A stretch of 64,000 nt of DNA from positions 15,624,001 to 15,688,000 of the forward strand of contig JBITNC010000001.1 in assembly GCA_050084985.1 (NCBI GenBank), read 5' to 3'. Below, in pieces: positions 24,030-37,607 of the stretch. The translations under genes were made by a program, and so were the position numbers. Position 1 is the stretch's first letter. Every line of letters begins with the position of its first letter. Below the pieces are notes generated by a model. The model worked only from the letters and a program-made list of their open reading frames with translations, ran no database searches and had not been told where the DNA came from. Origin of the DNA: Nageia nagi (lineage: Eukaryota; Plantae; Pinophyta).

Positions 24030-26443
24030 AAGAAGTTGCAACACACCAAAACACTATTGAACTACGATGCCATGAATACCATGCTACAATCCACCGACTC
24101 TTCTACATTGCCAAAAACTGAAATTGACCAAATCACATTGCACACAAACATTGAAACCTAAGCTACTAACTCCATTGAAGCTTTGTTGAAAACCCTAGGC
24201 AGATTTGTCTCTCAAAACTAAGGGATCAGCCTTTAGATCCGATCAAATAGCAAGGGCCATCACTTGTCTATCTGATTATGACTTCCTGAAGACACAAATC
24301 ATCACCAATCCTTGGAAAGAATGAGCAAGAATCAGCCTTGTCTCCACAAGAATCACATGGATCCTCAAATTCAATCTCCACATTGTTGACGAAGCAACAC
24401 CCCCTCTAATTTTTCAAAATTTTGGGACCCTCAGTCAAAGGATGACAATGGAACTTAGCAAGAGTGAAATCGCTTTGCAAAGCATAATGAAGACAAGCTA
24501 GCCAAATTAGCCCAAAGTGCAACTTTAAAATTCATCCAAAATACTTTCTTACAACAGATGAAGGAATACCTTCTAAGTATCCATGTAAGCGAAAACGAAG
24601 GAAATGCCAGTATCGGTTGAAGATCCAGTCATGTCTCAAAGAATGTGCAAAATCGCCCAATTTTCACATCAAAGGTGGTAATTACGTGGCTAAGGAGGAT
24701 ACATTTTTGTCCATTTTTAAGGCCGCCACCATAATTCATGCTTTCCTTCTAAAATTTCCGTCCCCTTTGATGACACTTGGCGCCTAAGAAGTTCTATAAA
24801 AGGCAAGAGGCTAAGACAAGAGCATTTGAGATTTGCCAAGGCAAAGGTGGTCACATATTTTTGAAAAGTCACCTTTCCATCTTCTAGAAAAGGTGCGACC
24901 ACCCCCTCTACACTATTTTGAGCATATAAATTGGCTGAGTATGCCCAAAGTCCACTCTCCAAGTTGGTCGCACGACTTGGAAATGCTACATTTGCATCTT
25001 TCTGGAAGGGTATGACCATGCTTTTTTGGCATTTAAGGTGCTTTCAGGGTCCCATTCGACCTCCATTTTGGCCATTTAACAGTGGACATGTGGCATGATA
25101 GACTAGTATAAAAGAAGAACAAAGTAATTTCATTTTTCTTTAGCTGGTCCAACGTGTTGCTCTAGGGTGGTCACCTGGTTGGCAAGAGTTAGAATCTCAT
25201 CTTTTTTTGAAGGTGCGACCACCCTCATTCCTGCATTTTGGTCTTCGAATTTGGCTAAGTGTTAGCCTAACACTCCTAAAAGTTGGTCGCATGGTTGGCA
25301 AAAGTTAGAGTTCCATCTTTTTTGAAGGTGTGACCACCCCTTTTGAGCACCTTTGAGTTGATTTGTTGGAAGTTGTTCATTTTGAGGCATCATCTGGCTT
25401 GGGTTGAAAGTGTTAAGTTTGCATCCCTTGGAAAGCATACGACCAGGCCCTTTTGTTTCATTCTTGACTAAGTGCTGAATTTTGGCACTCCTATCCTTGG
25501 TTGCATGGTTTGAAGGAGATACATTTGCATCTTTTGGAGAGATGCGACCACAACATGTTGCATGGAGCAGGACACTTGTTGAAAACCCTACCTTTGGCCA
25601 CCAAGGTATTGCCATTGGCAGTCAAGAAGGATATATGAGTGGGAGACTTAGTCAATTTAACATATCATATACCTTCCCAAGGCTGGTTGCATGGTTTTGT
25701 GAAACACATTCCCATCCTTTTAGGAATGTGTGACCACCTTTTTTTTTGTTTTTGCATTAAAGTCAAACAAACCCTATCCATTGGCCACCTTTTGGGTCAT
25801 TGAAATCTGCACTTCATTTTGCAACAACTACCTTAAGATTGTATGGTCACAAAGTCCCAAGAAGATAAGGATCCATCTTTTCAAAACCTTGCGCCCATTG
25901 GAATTCAAACTATAATTGAATTAGCATGGTCGCACGACCTATATGAGTCACATTTTCATCTTTGTCTTCCCATGCATTTGCATCTTTGAAGTCTCATTTT
26001 TAGGAAAGGGTCCCACAATTAGATGCTCATCCAAATTTGGTTTCATTTAGTTTAGTTATTTGTGTTTTTACATCGTCCCTTCATTTTGGTCATGTCCCAC
26101 AAGGTCAACCCCCACGTTTGGTCGCATCATCCATCCAGGTTGGAAAGCTAACATCCTTAAAGGGTGCAACCAAGCCCTTTTGTGAATTTACATGGGTCCC
26201 ATGAGTTAAAGATGTGCATACAGATTGATTGTTTAAAGCTCGTATTGTGGACGTTGCATGCAAATCAATCAACCACCTTTTTCATATGCATTAAGTTTCA
26301 AGTCTCACTTGCATAGTGCACTATCTGCTTCACCTTGAAAGGCATATAGGACTGCCAAGCATTATACCTCATACTCATACCATCCTATTGCATCTTCCAG
26401 TCTGTCCAATTCGTGCTAACTCAATTTTTTTTGTAGGATCAAC

Positions 26444-29400
26444 ATGTCAAAATCCAAATGGAGGAAGACTTGAGAACTTCAGTTAACAAGTTGACTGAAC
26501 CCACTCGGATCGAGTTCGCCAAAGAGAACTCCAAAGATCCCTTGAAAGAGGCCAAATTCAAGAATAATCTCTCCAACATTCGGGACACTTACTGGTCACA
26601 TACCGATTCTGTTCGAACCTTGCAATCCATCAGCATCCTAGAGAAGAACCAAATGCTCAACGAGGTCATTTGCACCTTTGGATTGGCCACAACCATCCTT
26701 ATTCCCTTTTCCACACCTTTTCCCAAGCTCTATTACAAAGTTGGCAGGCATGCCAATTATAAAACGTGTGCTCTTTATGACACGGATGGCAATAAGATCC
26801 TTGATTTCTCTCCGAAAGATATTGAGGAAGCTTTCAAGTGGAGCAATGAAGGGGTCATTTACATTGAAAGGGATTCCTAGGATTACTACGAGAAATCTCA
26901 ATGAGCCAGAGATCTCATCCGAGATTGGCTTGAGAATGAAAGCAAAGAATTCATTGGGAACAAATTAATCAATGCCAAGAGACAACATTTCTATCCCACG
27001 GTCTCAGTGATTATCGATATGTTGTCTCGGGTCACTGGCAAGGAGGACGACCCAAGTTCAAGAAGGAGTTCACCAGTTTCATTGTTGTGATCGAGAATAG
27101 ATAGAGGATCCGATGGAGCAAAGTAATCAGTGACTCCCTCCTCTAGCAATTGGCTCACATCGGTTCATCAAAGAGGTTCTATATGAATTCTTATCTTGTC
27201 TATCTCCTTCTCCATGGTAAGAATATAAAGTCGGCCCATGCAAATACAAAAAATTTGAAAGATCCAATGAAGCCTACATGGAAGGCTTATCCCAAATGGT
27301 GGCTAGAATCCAAGTGGGATCACTATGCCATGAGGAATGACGGATGGGAATACAAGATATACAAGGAGATAAAGGAAAGGCAAATGGTGAAAAGGATATC
27401 TGACTCTGCTGTAGAAGCCATTTAGGGGCATGCAGATTATTTCCTAGAAGACCCCTCACATACATATATTCAGGTCTACAGCTCCGATGTCAGGCCATAT
27501 CTCTTGCCTTGCAATGCCTGTAATCGGTTGATTCTCATGGAATTCTGCAAGCAATTGTTGTTTCTACATGAAAACATATGGAAAAAGAAGAATGCCACTA
27601 GAAACCTTCCCATTTCCATCGGGGAATATACCTGTTCAACTTGGCAAGAGGCTAAGGAGATGAGTACGAAATTGTCTTATTATCACTTCTCTGAGGAGCA
27701 AATAGTTCCTCATTATGATCCTGAAGGATGAATCCAGGTCTTCTACGAGAGAGCCTTCAGAAATCCAATGATTTATGAGCACAAGTCTCTGGGAGACACG
27801 GAGAGATACCGAAATAAAAGGGATGATAAGCAAATTCTGGAGATACATCAATTGCTAGCAATAGAAGGCCGGATTGATCGGAGAATATACAAATTCTGGG
27901 CCAATATGACCCCCATGTTGGCATGGTTGACTTGTTGACCCCAAAGTTGGAATAGACTTGGCTTGGGATGATATCGAGGCATGTTGGATAGACATGGGAG
28001 GCTACATATTGAGGATGGAGCTCCATGATGAGGTAGCTATTGATTATACTTCTATTACACTAAACCTGATCGGGCTTGCAAGTCTTGGTAGTGCCAAGCA
28101 TTCTTCTTAGGCAATGTCTAGAGGGATGACAAGGTTGGGAGCCTGACACTTTACGACTTAGGTGGGTCACCTAGTCCATCTGGTGGTATTCCGAGGGCGA
28201 GCTTCTACCTTCAATGGTTATCTAGGGTTCAAGGAGGCTCCTTCGCAGGAGAGGATTCAGAGTCTGAGGGAGTTGGTCTTTCCTGTGGTGTTCGACTTGT
28301 ACAAGGGTTTGGAACCCTAGATCTGGATATTGAGATCCTCATTGTATACCATTGCATATCAAAATATAATCCATCTCATTATGTCTCTCTCCATTGTGTT
28401 GTTCATTGATGTGTATGTGTTGTCTCTTGTATACTGGTGTTGTCCATTGTGTTGTGTTCATATCTATGAGGCATTCGTTGAGGTGCCAAGTGTTGCTATG
28501 TGCCCTAGAGGGTTGACATCATGGTGTAGGGGTTGCGTGGAGGCCTTGGGAGGCTCACGTCTGCATTTTGGGGTGTTAGTGTGCCCTAGGGTCCCAACGT
28601 AGGTGTTTTAGCTTCATTTGTTGAGGGGTTGAGTTGCATAGTTGGTCTATTGTACTGGAGTGATTTTAGATCTTCACAAGTCTGAAGCCGAAGCAGCCAG
28701 AGAAACTTTACCAACCGAATCAGCATCCAAGAAGCAGGTTGCTTCTTTTGAATCCACTACTCCAAGGAGGAAGAGGAGGTCATCCCCTAAGAAGGAAGCA
28801 CCCAGGGAAACTCCCGGCAAACCCTCAAAGTTGAGCAAAACTTCGATAGCAGGGAGTAGTGGAGGAGATGAGGAAGAAAAGGGTGAAGACGAAGAATAAA
28901 GGAAGAAGAGGAAGCAATTGGAACATGGAAGCCACAAACCATTGAGGATCAAAGATAGGCCGGATGAGGTTAAGAACCAACAGCTAAGAATCGAGGAGAT
29001 CCCTAGAGACTCCACTCCCACAAAAACCGATACCACTTTGTCCATTATTGAATCAAGTGCTGGTCCACAAAAGAAATATGATTTTGATATTGATGCAGTC
29101 ATCAAGGATTTGCAGATGAGCTATTGTAGTGATGATGAAGAATCTAGCTAGAGGAGGGAAAATGCTTTTGAGGAGACCCCATTGAAGAACTCAACACCTT
29201 CGTGTCTATGAAAAAAGACACGGTGACCATCAACAAGTGCTACTCGAAAAAGAAGCATCCACAAGACCTTCAAGATGTGCGGGTCCACACTGAAGAATTC
29301 AAAGTTAGGAAGATTGGATGGGCCAGGTGCAAACATGCCATTAACTATAATGTGGATGAGATGGTCAATCAAGGCATCGAAAAGGAGACTATGACGAAGA

Positions 29401-30163
29401 AGCTGAAGGAGCTCGCTGGTAAAAACAAGCTGGTGAAGGAGATAGAAATCGCCAAAATGTCTTCTGAAGACATCAAATTTCAGGCCTCCCTGAACATTAG
29501 TATCACCTCAACCAAAGAGACCTTGGTCAATGGCATAATGAGAGTGGTCAATGAACTCTCACTTTGATTGATTGCCCTCACCAATAAGTAGAAAGCAGAA
29601 GAAAACACGATTGCAACCATCTCCTAGTTACTGCAGGATTTCCAAAACCATGAGCAGACCATCTAGAATCTGAAAGTAATGTTTGCAGGGCAAAAAGGTA
29701 GGATACAATTCTACCAAGAATTTGCCTATCACCTACGTTGGCTGAGGTTTGTAGCAGCAAAATGTGACAATTTAACTCAGGCTAGGACCAATTTGTCATG
29801 TACCCTAACCTTCCAGATGAGCCAAATCAGGTTTATGAATGAAGATGGTAGTGTAAGGAGGGTTGAACTCGTGATTCAAGAAGTCCAGAATGCCATCTGA
29901 GAGCTTATCTTCACCAAGGACGTGAACCTGTTGAGATCGGGGACACATTGAGAACCAACAACATTTGGTCGTCTAGAGATTCCAGATGGAATGCACTTCT
30001 CAGTACATCTTGGATTTTCACAATAAGAAAGATAATGACTTGCCAGGAGTACTTGTTGCAGGGCTCGCCTAAGCTAGAGCCTTCTTTGATGATAGGTCTC
30101 ATAGGATTCCCAATTATGTCTTCGATGTTGCTCACAGTTTAGCTTCCGGTCCCATGGAGGGTT
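26444..30163 (+). pseudogene. Degenerate accessory ORF of unknown function (copy 1), interrupted by an LTR fragment
   Basis: ORF pieces 26458-26880, 27150-27425, 27504-27731, 29202-29567 and 29679-29900 are colinear with 37607-34154 (DFSP..IEEAF.W, GSSKRFYM.SYLV.LLLHGK, CYSK.KHPQ). Confidence 0.8.
27900..28678 (+). mobile_element. 5'-truncated family B-like LTR nested in the ORF
   Basis: Contains the family core ccatctggtggtattccgagg..ctacc and ends gatcttcaCA; the ORF resumes immediately after. Confidence 0.75.
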
Positions 30164-31350
30164 GATTGTTATATGCATATTTTTATTTTTCAGTTCAAAG
30201 ACAATTATTATTTTAACTTGCACTGTGATGGATGAGTTTTTGCTCCCACAGTCGCAAGAAGACTTGATGTGATGTGACATTGATGTGAGATTCGAGTAAT
30301 ATTGTGTAGCCGCAATTTTGCTTTGATGGTTTATGTTTTTCAAAGTAGTATTAGAGTTGTTTCGTTGTTTAGGGAAACATTGCAATTAATATTAGGGTGA
30401 CGCTTCATTTAAAGAGGTTGTTAGACATGTTATAAGAACCCTAGCTGGGTCATTTTTGAAAGAGGGAGGAGAATAGAAAGAAAGAGATATAGATGAAAGA
30501 ATCCTTCAATGTATGAAAGTTGCATGATCTTTTGGAAGGAGTCTTTTTTTGTAGTTGAAGTTTCTGCATGTATGTATGGTCTATCATTTTGGGAATCTCT
30601 GTTGTTAAATGCAAGTGCAGTTCTTCATTTCATGGAGCTATAGAGACGTGAATGACATGATGATGATGTTGTGTTGTTTATGCATTTACAAGCACTTTCT
30701 TTGAAAGTTTTGCACTTTAGGAAAAGATAGTTGAATATCTCTCTTAAATGTATGAATGACCATCTCTATGGTTTGCATAAAGTTGTGGTATTTCGAATTA
30801 CTTTACTCTTATGACATTTGGTTGGAATTTTCTATTGGGACATAGAGAATGGAACATTTCACTTCACCCTTTTTTTCCACCTTGACTACTGCCCCGTGCT
30901 CTTGCTTGGGAGTGATTCGAACCCAATTGCTTCTTTCCATGCTTGATAACCTGAGTAAAAGTTCCTAATAAATCTGAGAGATGAAAGCTTCGAACCTTGC
31001 ACAACGGTAAGACCTTGCCACTTATCCTTCTTTCAACTACCAAATCTTTCGTATCCCGTTTTATATTCCCTCTGCTTTGTGTGTTTTTCATGTGCACAAT
31101 GATTGAGATAAAGCCCTATAAGTCCGCATAATTGTGAGTAACCATCCCCGAGCACATGCCTCCCCTTGAAGCTATCTTGTCGACTGTCAATCGCCATTGC
31201 TTAGAGTGTGCTATACTAAAAAACAAAAGCCTATAATAATTTGAAAAAACCTTGGGGTTAAAGTCCTTTCAAGTGGAGGTAAGTAATGCTACTCCACTCA
31301 TCGACGGTGTCCTTTTCCGCCGGGGGAATGAAACTCATGTCAACACACAT

Positions 31351-31641
31351 ATAATATAACATAATACGAAATAAGACACAAAACCCTCTTATAGAGCCTT
31401 AGGTTCTAATTTTGTGTTGACACTTCACTAGGCATCCATCATCACTTAAGTCTTCATTTTATAAATAACATATGAAATAAACTAATATTATGTTTTCTAA
31501 CACATTACCCTTATAACCCTTTCTGTTAATTTTTATTATTTTATTTATTTCTCACCCCAAAACCATAAAATATAAAACTCCACAATACACACCACATCAC
31601 ACTTAGGTACAATGCTAAAATTAAAAAATGGGGACATTACA
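31351..31641 (-). mobile_element. LTR 5' end (TGTAATGTCCCCA type); host of the 24384-31345 insertion, probably continuing in 24030-24383
   Basis: tggggacattaca ending at 31641 is the reverse complement of the LTR start at 18398. Confidence 0.6.
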
Positions 31642-32280
31642 AACCGCATCTTGAAAAGAAACCTAAATGGCTGAATAAAGGCAAGAAGAAATCAGCCAAT
31701 GTATGTCAAGAAGATGAGGATTGTATTGGCACTATAGAGATTGAAGAGAAGTTAGCTTGTATGGCCAAGCGAGGGCTAGTTTCAGAGGAAACTAAAGAAG
31801 AGTTGTTTTGAGTGTATATCCAAATTAAGATGAGAAAGGTAGTTGCATTGTATGATTTTGGATCATAGAGAAATCTTCAGAAAAAAATAGTACAGTAGTT
31901 GCAAAACCTCATCCTCAACCTTATCCATTGGAATGTTTGCAAAAAGATGTTGAGATGCAAGTTACTGAACAATGCACCTTAAAATTTGGTATTGATGAGA
32001 AAATTAAAGATGAGGTAACTTGTGATATTGTGCTTTTGGATATATGTCAAGTTGTTTTTGGCAGCCCATATTTGTGGGAAAGAGATGCTACATTTTACAA
32101 AAGGTTGAACCAGTGGAGGTTGGTGAAAAATGGGAAAGGATTCAGAATTCATTTTATAAAGGTTAGAAAAAGTTTCAGTTGGTAATTGCTCAATAGACAA
32201 AGGGATTGGTGAATGCTAGTAAGAGGTTTGTGCTTCTCATGGTGAGAGCTGGGGGAGAGATGAAGAAGTTGCTCTAGGAA
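31642..32280 (+). mobile_element. Ty3/gypsy gag-protease fragment
   Basis: VALYDFGS*RNL (degenerate DSG), KPHPQPYPL, EVTCDIV..DICQVVFGSPYLWERDA. Confidence 0.85.
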
Positions 32281-34153
32281 TTCCTAGTTATGCATCTACA
32301 ATCAATAAACTCAAAATTGAGACCTTAAACCTTGGACCCCTAAAGAAATACAGCTTTATTGATTTTTTCAAACATCTTCTTGGGGATTGTTTTGAAATGT
32401 AGTGGAAAGCAATGACCCGCAACAAAACGAGAGGCATATGTCTTACTAAATTGTGATTTGGAAGGAAGCTTTAAATACAAGTACATTATATATAAATATT
32501 ATATAGATTTTGTCACCTTTATGGAAAAAAAGAAACTTGGAAGAGCACCTTTAGGGGCATTGAAGATTATAACTGTAATTTTACTAAAGGCCAAGTTCAA
32601 CCACTATCTAACAAGCTTGAAAAGTTGAATGTGTCCATCTAATTGGTTGTATGAAAAGCAATATAGCCATCTAAGTGAGGGAGTGAGGAGGACTATGCCA
32701 TAAAAATAAGCAATATAGCAACAAGACATGGCGTATGGTGCTACTATTTGTTGGTATGTTTTCTTTCCTTGCCCAAAACATGTGCAAGACTTGGAGGAAA
32801 AAACGCTACTTGTTTCCGCCAAAAAGAACTGGTTACCCCAAGTGCTCACATGGAATATGGTCTTTAAGGCTCAGTAGCCAGAGATGCATGTGTTAACCGT
32901 ATACAAGGGAAATACACTCCGAAGTTCCTTTCCACACCGAGGAAAGATTGCAAATGTGAACAAAAGCGAAGAAAGATCACAAATGAAGGGACAAACACAG
33001 GGATAAATGCAAGGGAACACGAGGAAAGAAAATAACTTGTGAAGGTATTACTAGGGATACAGTGTCTCGGTAGGTCATCTTCAGATTCATTAAGGTTGAA
33101 GCACCCACTATCAAGCCAGGTAACAAATAGCAAATACACTCAAATCACTACCAGACAAGAGCGAAAAGCTGTAGGGTCTTGGTGGAAGAGGTATAAATGA
33201 GGTGAAGGTGCGAGTGCAAGAACCTAACCGAATGATATAAAGATAAGCTATAAGCTTCAAAATATATCCGCTTACGTGCAAATCAAGCAAAGAAGAAACA
33301 AACCATTTCAAATGAATATTCAATATGCAGTTCAAGGAGAGAATTGTGTAGATATACATAATCCCACAGATAATGTTCGTCACAAGATGAACTTTATTGT
33401 CTCATTCCTCTAAAGAAGCACTCATATTGGCATTCAATAATAAACATGCATAGAACCCCTTATACAACGAACCTCTATGCAATGGGATGTGAGTACAATA
33501 GATGCAACGGCTCAAAATTATTACATTCATAAAAACTCATTGCTAGAATTTTAGAGATGCAAGAACCCCAATATATGATATTTACATTAAATGCAGAGTC
33601 ATACATATGCAACAATGCATAAAATCATGCTACAATGCAAATGAAAAATTATAGGTTTCCTCCTATGTGAATGTCTCATATGCAAAACTCCAATGCAAAA
33701 ATTCCTTATGTCAAAATCCCCCTCTAAATGGCCCGAATGGATTATAAATAGGCCACTAGAAGTGTTGCCCTAAAGGCATCAAATCTGATATGGTACGCAC
33801 ACATGCAACACACATACCAACACAAAGTCAGATCACCTACATGAATCGATGCAAGTGGCACTTTAAAGTCTAACAAAATATAAATGCCACATCTAACATG
33901 CATTTAATCTACCTCTAAACTACTCAGAAGTAAATTGAATATGCAATAAACGAGTTTGACACCTGAACCGACAGGAGCAAAACCTCATCCCTACACCAGT
34001 CAGAGCCATAAATGAGTCTGACTGATTTGATCTGGTGGGAGCAAAAACTCATCCATACACCAGTCAAATCAAGTGAAATAAAGTTTGACATAACAACGAA
34101 CATTAATTAAAAGACATGATATCGTAGATAAAATCCATGGGTGGATTAGACCT

Positions 34154-37100
34154 AGGCTAGATCTGATCCGATACTGGCGGAGATCCACTCCTCGTTGGTG
34201 AGACCGTATGACTCAATGGTCTCCTCCAAGAATGTCACAATCTTCCGCATGCCCCTGGAGATCATGCCAACAGTGCTGCCATTCTGCCGGAAATAATTCT
34301 CAATTTTCTTTGACGTGGCCTACATCTAGTGTCTCCAGACGATCATCCACCTCTTATGGATGATGGGATGCTTTGCCTTTAGCAAGCTGAGATCATCAAC
34401 ATCAAGATGCACTTGAATCAGATTTTGAGCCTCTGTCAATACCGCCTCCTTTCTAACGTTGTTGTGCTCTCATTGGAACTTGAGTTGATAAACATACTCA
34501 TTCATTTGTTCCTCAACCTCCTTTCTCAAGGGGATCCTGATTTTCAGGACTGCGTTGCACTTTTCAAGTGTGTGGTTCAACCAATCATGATGGTACGTGA
34601 ACTCGTGGCCGTAGACTAATTTTTCAGGATTGTCAACATAAATGTGCTGCAGATGCGAGATGTTGGGAAGGTAAGTATCCAACGTGCCAAGCTGAGATAC
34701 GTGCCTTGAGGTCTTTGATTTCAACAACTTCAGCAAGGAGCTTGTAGATTTGCGAAGACAATCTCTTGATGGCCTCCATCACTTCCTCCTTAAGTTGTTC
34801 ATCAGTTATCATCCTTCATGGAAGGATGTTTGCCTCTACAGATCTAAGGGGGTGGTGCTAATTTTCTAGAATTATTTGATGATTTTCCTGCTAGCCGTGA
34901 GTTCCTTCTTCAACCTCTTCACCTCCTTTTTGGCTTTGTAGCCTTCCTGCTTAATGACTGCAGCATTCTGCGTGACTATGTGCTTTCTGGCTATCAACCC
35001 TAGATTCACAGGCATCTTGAATATCTCAATGACATAGTCCTCCACTCTCTGAGGGTGTTTCTCCTTCGAATAACAATGACTGATGGAGATTTCTTTTCTA
35101 GAAGTGGAGACAAAAGTGTCAACCCTTCGAATCTTCTCATCGTCTAAGAGTTCTTCTTCCTCATCCTCAGAGCATAGGTCCTCATCTATATCTTCATCAT
35201 GAGCCGTGCTCATGTTGAGGGCTCTAAGGTAGGCATCCAAGTCAAGATCTGGATGCTCGGTTGTTGGCTGAGGAGAAAATCTCTGAACCAACAACCATCC
35301 TTTGTCAATTTTCTTGACCTCTTTTGCTGGAGTAGTCTGAATTATGGTGATCTCTTTACCTTGGTGCTCTTCATGCCTTCTTTTCTCCTTCTGCTCCGGA
35401 GTCTCTCCTTCATCTTCTTCATCTCCTCCATTTCCGCCTATAGATATACCCTTTTCCGCAGCTGGGGAGATCTCTCATGGCTCATCCTCTTTGTGGAAGA
35501 CTTATGTGACGTGGAAGGGGACTTCTTTCTATGCTCGGAAGGAGAGGATTTGGAGGCACCTGCTTCTTTGGCACACTTCTCTCTGATTATCTGGATGTCA
35601 TCATCATAAGTACCAACGTTCACTATCTCATCATCCGAGATAGTTTCAACTTCTGTTTCATCAGGTGCTACGGCACCTACAGCTACATCCTCCTGCTTAG
35701 GATACTAGTAGCATTATCAACATCATCATCATCTTCTTCTTCTCTTCTGCCATGGCTTTCTGATTCTTCTCCAGAATCTTCCACTCTACGACCAGGCTCT
35801 TCGTCAATCTCTTCATCAGAAGAAGTGGAATATTCAAAATTGGAACTTGAACTTGCTTGTAAACGGGGGACTTTCTCCTTGCATCCAGGAGAATGAGTAT
35901 CCGAGGGGAGAGCATGATAGCCAGCGTCTTTGAGGTCAGCCACCACCATGCTGCACTTGCTAGGACCTAGGATGGGTTCTCTCAAAGCCTCTTGCCTCTT
36001 TCTTGCAGAAAGCAAGAGTGTTTTTCCCAGTAGAGATGTAGTATGGGCAGGAGAAGGGGACTTGATTCCGAAAGAGACCTCCTTATCTAGGCTTTGTTGT
36101 TCGAAGTCTTTGGCGTGGCTTTTCTAGTTGGAGAGGATTCTTCTTCTTGCTCAAAAGAGCATCTATTCGTGCAATCTCCCCTTCATCCCGCATGTTCCTA
36201 TACCTCTCTTCATTCCCCAAAGGCTTATGCGGAAATGCAATCGGCTTGTGGAATGCAGTATCATAGAGATGTGCGATTATGCTCTTAGGATCATAATTTC
36301 TTGCAGCAGCTTCCTTGAAAAAGTTGTATTGCCGCAATTCCTCCTTCTTATTGGTTGCCTCAACCCATGTCTAGCACACATACTTGGATATGGAGATAGG
36401 CAAATTGATAGTAGCGTTCTTCTTCTTCCAGATCTTTTCCTTCAAGAACAGGAGTTTCCTGGCAAACTCCATGAGAATCAAGCTATCACTGACATATCTT
36501 GGCAGGAGTAGGGGTTGCTCCTCTGAGCCATAGAATTTGATATATGTATGGTCAACATTTTGCAGATGAAATCTGCATGTACGCTGATAGCTTGAATAGC
36601 CACATCAGAAATTTTCTTCACAACGGACTCCCCCTTGATATCCTTGTAGATATCGTATTCCCAATGATCAGTCCTCTCATAGAAACACTGGAACTTGTTT
36701 TGGTACCACCACCTCTGATAAGATCTCCACACAGGGACTTTCTTTTGCCCCAAGTACCTTTCATTAGCTAACTCCTTGGATCTGACTTTACCATGCAACA
36801 ACAGGTGCACAAGATAAGAGTCCATATAGAATCTCTTCGAGGAGCCAAAATAGGCTAACTGATGGCGTAGGGCATCACTGATTACCCCAGCCCATCGAAT
36901 AGGTTTTCTCGAGCTGATGACTGCAATGAAGCCCATGAACTCCCTCCTATACTTGACATCATTTTCCTGACCAGTCACCCTTGATAGAAGAGTGATCAAC
37001 TTTGCCACAACAGGCAGAAACTCCTCTCTCCATGCGTTGATCAAACTCGGACCTTGAAGGTTTTGATAATCCTCTAACAACCAAGGCCGAATGTAATCCC

Positions 37101-37607
37101 CAGGTCGAGTTGTGGAATTATGGAACTCCTTAGAATACGTCAATGTGTAATCGTCCCCATATCTTCTCCAGCAGAAGGCTTCTTCGATTCCAGCAGGGGA
37201 AAAATCCATGATCATGTTACCCTCTGTGTCCCACAGGACCCTTTTGTCATATTCACACTTCCTAGCTACCTCACTACATAGGTTAGGAAAAGGTACTACA
37301 AATGGCATCATAGCGGCATTGAAGAAGCCGCTTCTGTGGATGAGCTCTTTCAATAAGTCCTCTTTGCTGATGGAGGACGTGGAGGCTAACATCTGGATGG
37401 GGTCCAAGTTTCCCCAATTTGTGTCACCAACAAAAATATTCTCCCCTTGAACTTGGCTTCAGGGAGCTCTAGTCTCTCTTTCTCCTGAAATTCAATCAGG
37501 TTTTCTTTCAAAAGTCGGGTCATCTGGCCTTTAGTTACATGTCTTTCAAACAACTGGCCCTTTACCTTCCTGGCCCTCAATGGAGGTGCTCTAATGCCGG
37601 AAGCCAT
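34154..37607 (-). pseudogene. Accessory ORF copy 2, best preserved, ~1150 codons with several frameshifts/stops
   Basis: MASGIRAPPL.. start at 37607; 309-aa open segment 36478-37407; acidic/Ser-rich linker ~35100-36000; C-terminal helical-looking part. Confidence 0.82.

Larger units (their letters stand above)
24384..31345 (+). mobile_element. 6962-bp TSD-bounded giant solo-LTR-like unit containing a long non-gag/pol ORF
   Basis: cacat|TGTTGAC...GTCAACA|cacat; no internal direct repeat, PBS or pol seen. Confidence 0.9.

Noticed and set aside
18398-31641. TGTAATGTCCCCA...TGGGGACATTACA as TIRs of one large DNA transposon
   Set aside because: Better explained as two LTR 5' ends in opposite orientation; flanks do not form a TSD and the left one has its own LTR end and PBS.
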